IMG/VR virus record: IMGVR_UViG_2061766007_000920
Reading direction: 5' to 3' (one strand)
DNA from: an uncultured virus (IMG/VR IMGVR_UViG_2061766007_000920)
Lineage: Duplodnaviria; Heunggongvirae; Uroviricota; Caudoviricetes
DNA length: 59,769 nucleotides
In this document: positions 53,161-59,769 of the stretch, in pieces
Layout of the letters: each line of letters opens with the position of its first letter
Numbering within the stretch: the stretch's first letter is position 1
The notes under the pieces: generated by a model
Seen by the model: the letters and a program-made list of their open reading frames with translations, nothing else
The model's database searches: none
What the model was told of the DNA's origin: nothing
Position numbers and translations under genes: made by a program

Positions 53161-55056
53161 ATGAATATAACAAATGAGATGTGCAATTGGCTAAGCGAAC
53201 ATGAGGTAGCATATGAAAAAAGCGCAGTTGTAAAAATTAAAAATGAATGGGAAAAGAATAAAGCTGATTTACTGGAAAAGTTCAGAAAGCATCCGAACTG
53301 GGATGAAGAGAACCTTGCAATAGTATTCAAGGAATCAGAATATGAAAGAGCGCTAAATACCTCGGCAATAGAAAATTTCAACGAATGGGTAGAAAGAATA
53401 ATTCGTCAAGAACTAAGCAAAGTAAGCAAAAGGGAGGAATTTAGTAAAGCACAAAGAGAGAAAGATAAGTTAGCAGACGTAGTTTATTATCTAGAAAATT
53501 CGTGTTTTAATGGAATGAATTTGATGATAAACGGAGAACCTGCAAGAACAGTATTAAGAGAAAAATATGATGAAGCATATACGAAATATGCTGAAATAGC
53601 AAACTCAACGTCAATATTATTAAGCGAACTCGTTGATAAAGAAACAGAAATGAAATACAGAAGAGTAATATACGCATTAAGAGAATTTAAAAACGTGGAA
53701 ACAAATTTTGCAACAGAGGAATTGGTAGAAAGAGTAAACCACTACATTCCAGAGGTTGAAGCCGTAGCAGGACAGAAGATTTCAAGAATTATCCAGAAAG
53801 TATGCAAAACAATTGATTTGGATAAGTACGTAGAAATCAATGATTATGGAACATACACAAGAGACGATGGATATAATCGCCAGTATGCAATTCTCTGTAA
53901 TGAAATTAATCCAATTAAGTATAAGAGGATTACAGTAATTTCACTGAATCCCATTGACTATTGGAGCATGTCACATGGGTATAATTGGAAGTCTTGTCAT
54001 TACGTAGGTGATGATGAGGACGGATGTTATTCAAGCGGAACAGAAAGTTACATGCTTGACAGCACATCATTAATTTATTACGTAATTGATGAGAGCTATG
54101 AAGGAACAGAGTATTACAAGCAGAAGAAAATAAATAGAGCAGTATTCTGCATAGGCGAAGAGGGAAATGCAATTCTCGAAGCAAGAGTATATCCAGATGA
54201 CAGAGATGGAGGTGATAATTCACTAGGAAAACAGTTTAGAGATGTAATGTCAAAAGTAATTTCAGATATCTACAATGTAAACAACTATTGGAGCATAGTA
54301 AAAGGCTCATCAGCATGTGGTGATAGAACAAGAAGCTACGGAACACATTACAGAGATTATGTTGAATACTCAAACGGAGTAATGATGATTAATAAATCAT
54401 ATGACGGTGAAGTATGCATCGAAATTGGACATGACCCAATCTGTCCTGTGTGCGGATATGAGCATTGTGAAACAGAAAATATCGTATGTTCAGATTGCTT
54501 GAACGATAGAAGATACGACAATCCACAGACATGCACAAGATGCGGAGATAGATTCGATGGCGATGGATATGAAGCAATATGTACAGAAGACGGAAATTGG
54601 TATTGCTGTGATGCTTGTGCAGAAGAAGATGGATATAGAAGAGATAGTCATGGATATTGGTATCCAAAGGATGAATTGTATTATTGCGACGACGATAACG
54701 AATATCATTACGAAGATGATTGCTTCAGGGATGATTACAATGAACTTTATTACAGTGGAGAACCATACATAACAACAGTAGACGGAATGAATTATTCATG
54801 TGAAGAAAACGCAGAAAATGATGGCTATGTGGAGGTAGATGGTGAATGGATAAGCAAAGATGATACAATCGAAATCGACGGAGAGTTATACAATAGAGAG
54901 GACGAAGATTTGGTATGGATTGACGATGATACAGCGTTTACAAGCGAGGAGGATGCAGAAAATGCAGGATATGTAAAATTAGAAGATGATAATTGGGTAA
55001 GTAGAACAGAAGCAACATATGACGAAGAAGATGGCGTATGGAGGACAATCGCATGA
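53161..55056 (+). CDS. 631-aa hypothetical protein with Cys-rich and acidic repeat C-terminus
   Basis: long ORF with RBS; CPVCG, CSDC, CTRCG and YCCDAC clusters. Confidence 0.85.
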   Translation: MNITNEMCNWLSEHEVAYEKSAVVKIKNEWEKNKADLLEKFRKHPNWDEENLAIVFKESEYERALNTSAIENFNEWVERIIRQELSKVSKREEFSKAQREKDKLADVVYYLENSCFNGMNLMINGEPARTVLREKYDEAYTKYAEIANSTSILLSELVDKETEMKYRRVIYALREFKNVETNFATEELVERVNHYIPEVEAVAGQKISRIIQKVCKTIDLDKYVEINDYGTYTRDDGYNRQYAILCNEINPIKYKRITVISLNPIDYWSMSHGYNWKSCHYVGDDEDGCYSSGTESYMLDSTSLIYYVIDESYEGTEYYKQKKINRAVFCIGEEGNAILEARVYPDDRDGGDNSLGKQFRDVMSKVISDIYNVNNYWSIVKGSSACGDRTRSYGTHYRDYVEYSNGVMMINKSYDGEVCIEIGHDPICPVCGYEHCETENIVCSDCLNDRRYDNPQTCTRCGDRFDGDGYEAICTEDGNWYCCDACAEEDGYRRDSHGYWYPKDELYYCDDDNEYHYEDDCFRDDYNELYYSGEPYITTVDGMNYSCEENAENDGYVEVDGEWISKDDTIEIDGELYNREDEDLVWIDDDTAFTSEEDAENAGYVKLEDDNWVSRTEATYDEEDGVWRTIA

Positions 55057-56108
55057 AGCATCATAAGGGAAAAAGAAGAGTAAGCAACAAGGAATTTGTC
55101 AAAATATGTAAATTAAGCCAAAAGGAATTAAGAAGCTATCTTATTAGCGAATTGGCAAAATATTACGACGAAGTTGTAAAAGAAGATGGATTCGTGTACG
55201 TAAAAGGTAATGACAAGATTGCATTAACAGCACACATGGACACAACACCAAGAGTAGAGTACGGAAAGAGAAAGAAAGTAAAAGAAGTATACGAATATGT
55301 AGAAAAAGGTAAGACAGTTGTACATTCGCCACAGGGAATAGGAGGTGATGATAGATGTGGCGTGTACATGATTATGGAAATCTTAAAAAGAACAGAGTTA
55401 AGACCAACAATCGTATTCTGTGAAGATGAAGAGATAGGATGCGTAGGCTCATCAAAGTTTACAAAGACAGACTACATAAAGGACTTAAGTGATATGTATT
55501 TCATCATAGAATTAGACAGAAGAGGAAATAACGATATAGTATTCTATGATGATACAAACGAAGATTTCCATAAGTATGTTGCAGAGGTAACAAAATATGT
55601 TGAGGAATGGGGAAGCTGTTCAGATATATCATATTTATGTCCAGACTGCGGCGTAGCAGGAGTAAATATAAGCTGTGGATATTATGACGAGCATCATGTA
55701 TACGAAAAAGTTGTATTGGAAGAGATGGAAAGAACATTGAATACAACGATAAAGCTAATTAAAGACGGCTTAGAGAAAGGAGTACAGTATGAATACATAG
55801 AAAAAGTATATGGAAGATGGGGAATATACGATTATAACGGAACATACAGATACGATTACGGAAACTCATATTGGGATGACGAGTATTGGAGCGGAAAGAA
55901 TACAAGTAGTCATATTTACGGAGATACATATTACTTGGAAGTAGAATTTGATAACGGATATGGCGACTGTGGTGACGATGTATTCCAAGGAGACTCAATA
56001 GCAGATGTATGGTATCAGTTCTTTTCAACACATCCAAACCTAAAAATGGAAAATGTAACAAATTACATGGAATGGACAGAAGACGAATTTAAAAAAGCGG
56101 AGGGATAA
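55053..56108 (+). CDS. M28/M20-clan zinc peptidase
   Basis: AHMDT, GGDDRCG, EDEEIG, ELDR, YYDEH metal-ligand motifs. Confidence 0.85.
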   Translation: MKHHKGKRRVSNKEFVKICKLSQKELRSYLISELAKYYDEVVKEDGFVYVKGNDKIALTAHMDTTPRVEYGKRKKVKEVYEYVEKGKTVVHSPQGIGGDDRCGVYMIMEILKRTELRPTIVFCEDEEIGCVGSSKFTKTDYIKDLSDMYFIIELDRRGNNDIVFYDDTNEDFHKYVAEVTKYVEEWGSCSDISYLCPDCGVAGVNISCGYYDEHHVYEKVVLEEMERTLNTTIKLIKDGLEKGVQYEYIEKVYGRWGIYDYNGTYRYDYGNSYWDDEYWSGKNTSSHIYGDTYYLEVEFDNGYGDCGDDVFQGDSIADVWYQFFSTHPNLKMENVTNYMEWTEDEFKKAEG

Positions 56109-56112
56109 AAAA

Positions 56113-56523
56113 ATGAGATACACAACAAATGAACAGAGAAAAAGAGGAGTGACAAAGGGCGTATATTGCAATATTGAAAAACTAATGAAATTAGCAGGCA
56201 AATTCGATACAGAACAGGAATTTGCAGAAACAATAGGAAGAAGTAATACATGGTTGTACAATGTCAGAAAAAGCGGAACAATGGGCATGACAGATGCACT
56301 AGCAATCAAATGTGTACATGGAGTAGATGTAATAATTGAAAAGGAAGAGGAAGTAAAGGAAGAGAAGAAAGAAAGCAATAATCAGCTAAAAGAAAAGTTA
56401 GATGAAATCAACGCAAATATCAAGGAATTAACAACAACAGTAAGCAGACTCGGTAATGTAAACATGCAAATTCTTGAGGAGTTTCACAAACTGAACAAAG
56501 AGCTAATAAACACAAAGAATTAA
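56113..56523 (+). CDS. HTH-like protein with coiled-coil C-terminus
   Basis: EQEFAETIGRSNTWLYNV. Confidence 0.6.
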   Translation: MRYTTNEQRKRGVTKGVYCNIEKLMKLAGKFDTEQEFAETIGRSNTWLYNVRKSGTMGMTDALAIKCVHGVDVIIEKEEEVKEEKKESNNQLKEKLDEINANIKELTTTVSRLGNVNMQILEEFHKLNKELINTKN

Positions 56524-56536
56524 TTAAGGAGAAAAA

Positions 56537-57022
56537 ATGAAACAAATAATAGAAGAAAGAAATGTAAGAGAAACAACAAAATTTATAGCATGTGATGGAA
56601 CACCATTCTATGTATATGGAGAAAAAACAGCAGAAAGAGTAAACGAAGTAAGAAAGCAGTGCGAAGAATATGAAAAAACAGCTCAAGCAGTAATTGGAAA
56701 AAGAGCAATGAAAATCAAAATTGGAGATGCAACATCATATGATTTAACAAATGGAGAAGGCTCAGACGAATACGAAGTAGAAATCTTTAAGCCAACGACA
56801 GCGGAAAATATCAAAGATTTGCAAATGTATCTTGAAAAAGCAACAGGGTACGGGAAAATGGAAGTTGATGACACATTGATTAATAAGGAAGTAATGGTTT
56901 GGTGGAATTACGATAAAGATGGCTATACAATATCAACACTAGAATCATATATGGGAACAATAAAAGAAGCATATTACAAGGCAATCGAAAGATATAAGGG
57001 GGAGAGCAGTGAACAGGGATAA
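56537..57022 (+). CDS. hypothetical protein
   Basis: 161-aa ORF with RBS. Confidence 0.7.
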   Translation: MKQIIEERNVRETTKFIACDGTPFYVYGEKTAERVNEVRKQCEEYEKTAQAVIGKRAMKIKIGDATSYDLTNGEGSDEYEVEIFKPTTAENIKDLQMYLEKATGYGKMEVDDTLINKEVMVWWNYDKDGYTISTLESYMGTIKEAYYKAIERYKGESSEQG

Positions 57023-57434
57023 AATGAAGAGATTGGCAATAAAAAGACTAAAAGAAATGAAATTGCTAGGAAGCGTAACAAGCCTATTCTCGAAAGAGGA
57101 TAGGCTTTATTACTCAGAAAGAATCAATAAACAGTACTCGGCAGTATTGAATATATTAGACGAAAATGAAGAGTTATACAAGAAAGTAAAAGAGTTTGAA
57201 GAAAGGACGGGGCATTTAGTATATCATTGCATTTTAACACAGACAACATTCGGAACAATTTTAGATATGTTATTCATATCAAAATACGAAGAAGATTGGG
57301 GATATGACTATGAAAAGATGGATGATTTTTACAGAGTAATGTCAATGGCGACAAATCTATCAGATGAAATGCTATCAGATATGGGTTCAATTCTGGTAAG
57401 ACCAAGCATGGGCGGATTAGAAAGGATTGGATAA
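57009..57434 (+). CDS. hypothetical protein
   Basis: 141-aa ORF in the operon. Confidence 0.7.
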   Translation: MNRDKMKRLAIKRLKEMKLLGSVTSLFSKEDRLYYSERINKQYSAVLNILDENEELYKKVKEFEERTGHLVYHCILTQTTFGTILDMLFISKYEEDWGYDYEKMDDFYRVMSMATNLSDEMLSDMGSILVRPSMGGLERIG

Positions 57435-57455
57435 ATAGAATAAAGGAGAAGAAAA

Positions 57456-57788
57456 ATGATTGAAGAAATAATATTTGAAACAACGCTAAAAGAAATAAGC
57501 GAAGGAATGTCAAAAGCATATGAAAATTGGGCAAAAAAAGCGGGATATAATGTAACAGATAAAACAGTTTTTGATTGCAGAATGGTTGAAGTATCAAAAG
57601 AAATTGATGAATATTTCTGGAAATATTACAGAGACCAAGCAAAAGAAAAGAACAAAAATATAGAAGAAGAGGAAATCACAAGAACATTAGCAATGACAAT
57701 GTTATGTTATGGAGCAAAAAGAAATGAGAATTTAAAGAGTTGGACAGTAAAGTTGTCAAAAGATTTTGCAAAAGAAAGTGAGGACTAA
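57456..57788 (+). CDS. hypothetical protein
   Basis: 110-aa ORF ending in the junction motif. Confidence 0.65.
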   Translation: MIEEIIFETTLKEISEGMSKAYENWAKKAGYNVTDKTVFDCRMVEVSKEIDEYFWKYYRDQAKEKNKNIEEEEITRTLAMTMLCYGAKRNENLKSWTVKLSKDFAKESED

Positions 57789-58015
57789 ATGTTTGTAAGA
57801 ACATCAAATGGATATCTAATAAATTTAGATAATGTAAAAACAATATATGCAAGAGTAGATGAAGAAAACATATGCAGTGTAAGAGCATTGCAAACAGACA
57901 ACACAGAAGTAGCATTATACAAAGATAAGAAAATACAATATTGTTTAGAATATCTAAATAGTTTGGCAGATAAAATAGCAATGAAAGTAATTTAGAGAAA
58001 GGAAAAAGAAACAAA

Positions 58016-58393
58016 ATGAATAAATTATATTGTTTCAAGTTGGAGGAAAATGGAGAAATAAAGAAAATAACAATAGAAAAATGGGTAGAAAGAAAACAAA
58101 GTGAATATACAAAAAGATATACAATAAGCTTTGACAACGAGAAATATCCCGTAAGCAAAACAGGAAGAAGATATTCTTTAAGCTCAGAGAAATTAGAGCG
58201 TTTCGTATCAAAAAAATTATTCACAAGTAATGGCGATGAATTAGAAGCATATAGAAAAATAAGAAAAGAAATAAGAGAAAGAGCAAATAAAGCAAAGAAA
58301 ATATACGATGAAGCAATAGGAGAATATGTAAAAATAACGTGTCGAAAAGCAGAGGGGAAAATAATAAATGAGAGAAATCACGATAAGAATTGA
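58016..58393 (+). CDS. hypothetical protein
   Basis: 125-aa ORF with RBS. Confidence 0.65.
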   Translation: MNKLYCFKLEENGEIKKITIEKWVERKQSEYTKRYTISFDNEKYPVSKTGRRYSLSSEKLERFVSKKLFTSNGDELEAYRKIRKEIRERANKAKKIYDEAIGEYVKITCRKAEGKIINERNHDKN

Positions 58394-58504
58394 GGTAGAC
58401 GATGAAACACTAACGTCAGATTTGGAACAAATCATAGAAGAAGCTTTAAATGAAAATGGAGTAGAAGCAATATACGAAATCATAGAATAAAGGAGGAAAA
58501 GAAA

Positions 58505-59443
58505 ATGCCCGCATTGGTTGAATCAATGTTCTACACAGGACGTAACGTGCCATGGCACGGACTTGGAACGCAGGTAGAAAGCGCACCATCAAGCGCAGAT
58601 GCAATAAGGCTAGGAGGATTAGACTGGAAAGTTGTTCAGAAAAAAATCTATACAGAGGATGGAATAAGAATCAATGGATATAGTGCGAATGTAAGGGATA
58701 AAGACGGCAAAAGCTTGGGAGTAGTAGGAAGTCGATACTCAATTGTACAAAACGAAGATGCATTCAAGTTTACAGACGCAATGCTTGGAGAAGGCGTAAA
58801 GTACGAGACAGCAGGAAGCCTAAAGGACGGAAGAATAATCTGGTTGTTAGCAAAGTTGCCAAACAAATATGAAATATTAGGCGATGCAGTAGACCCATAC
58901 ATTGTATTTACAAACACACATGATGGTTCGGGAGCAGTAAGAGTAGCAATGACACCAATAAGAGTTGTATGTAATAATACACTGAATTTTGCATTGAAAA
59001 CAGCAAAGAGAACATGGTCTGCTAGGCATACAGGAAGCATTGGAACAAAATTAGATGACGCATTAGAAACATTGGCATTCGCAGACGAGTACATGAAAGC
59101 GACACAGAAGACATTTGAGGATTTGCATAAAATCAAACTGAATGAGTTTGAAGTAAGGTCAATCATTAATAATATTGTACCTATAAATGACCTAGTAATG
59201 AAAAAGCAACAGATTGAAAATCAAGAGACAATAAGAAATGATATTCTGTATAGATTTAAAGAAGCACCAGACTTGAAAGGAACAGAATCAACAGGAGCAA
59301 GATTAATACAAGCAGTAGCAGATACAGTAAGTCATATTGAACCATTTAGAAGAACAGCAAACTACGAAGAGAACAGATTGAAGAAAGCAATAGAAGGAAA
59401 CACATTGTTAGATAAGGCAATGCAAATATTAAATGTTTCATAA
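58505..59443 (+). CDS. DUF932/DUF945-family phage/plasmid protein
   Basis: PWHGLG...GLDWKV...YSIVQNEDAF...YETAGSLKDGR...HDGSGA...TPIRVVCNNTL...RHTG. Confidence 0.9.
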   Translation: MPALVESMFYTGRNVPWHGLGTQVESAPSSADAIRLGGLDWKVVQKKIYTEDGIRINGYSANVRDKDGKSLGVVGSRYSIVQNEDAFKFTDAMLGEGVKYETAGSLKDGRIIWLLAKLPNKYEILGDAVDPYIVFTNTHDGSGAVRVAMTPIRVVCNNTLNFALKTAKRTWSARHTGSIGTKLDDALETLAFADEYMKATQKTFEDLHKIKLNEFEVRSIINNIVPINDLVMKKQQIENQETIRNDILYRFKEAPDLKGTESTGARLIQAVADTVSHIEPFRRTANYEENRLKKAIEGNTLLDKAMQILNVS

Positions 59444-59455
59444 AGGAAAAATAAG

Positions 59456-59769
59456 ATGACAAGAGAAGAAGCAATAGAATTTGGCAAAATGTGGCTTGAA
59501 TTACAGGAAGATTGTAAAGATAGTAATACATATGAATTTTTCAAGATGGCAATTGAAGCACTACAGCAAGAACCTACATATACAAGTAAAGTAGCTCAAA
59601 AGGCTTATGAAGATGGAAAGAAAGATGGCTATATACAAAGAAAGATAGAAACAATTGCTGATAATTTGACTTCAAGTAAAATTAAGAAAGCAATTGAGAA
59701 TTTACCAAAAGTAAAACCACAAGAGCCTTGTGAGGATGCGGTAAGTAGAGCAGAAGTAAAAAAGATTGC
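59456..59769 (+). CDS. small modular protein, truncated by the window end
   Basis: MTREEAI...MAIEALQQEP...YEDG...QEPCEDAVSR. Confidence 0.7.
   Translation, partial: MTREEAIEFGKMWLELQEDCKDSNTYEFFKMAIEALQQEPTYTSKVAQKAYEDGKKDGYIQRKIETIADNLTSSKIKKAIENLPKVKPQEPCEDAVSRAEVKKI

Noticed and set aside
44819..59544. Numerous - strand ORFs in the right arm
   Set aside because: They are Phe/Leu/Ser-rich shadows of the A-rich + strand genes.
1..59769. Alternative genetic code or stop-codon reassignment
   Set aside because: Core genes are intact in the standard code and end in TAA, TAG and TGA; no suppressor tRNA was found.

Overview
The window is a large part of a tailed dsDNA phage (siphovirus-type Caudoviricetes) of an AT-rich host, probably Bacillota (sigma-A promoters, strong GGAGG RBSs, SPP1-type portal). 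It has two divergent arms around a ~1.6 kb non-coding centre (42,284-43,868). The left arm (- strand), read outward from the centre, holds small regulators, a tRNA-Gln cluster, dUTPase, terminase, head genes, tail genes with a 3,245-aa tape measure, a recombination/replication module (ERF, SSB, resolvase, replisome organiser, primase-helicase), two glycosyltransferases and many small modular ORFs. The right arm (+ strand) is A-rich and holds early-type genes (ArdC-N-like, M28 peptidase, DUF932, many short ORFs). I see no integrase, holin, tail fibre, cas gene or reverse transcriptase. The most striking signal is a family of at least 11 anticodon-less tRNA-like RNAs in three clusters. Eight are tRNA-Leu-like scaffolds with conserved D- and T-arms and hypervariable structured inserts (4,145-5,526 and 46,845-47,214). 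Three are minimised tRNAs next to the only intact tRNA (39,807-40,176). Other notable items are a phased palindromic repeat array, an 11-bp periodic tract, a ~770-nt hairpin-rich leader, a repeated hairpin leader motif, a shared gene-junction motif and two -1 frameshift sites. Protein family names come from motif recognition by eye, not database searches.
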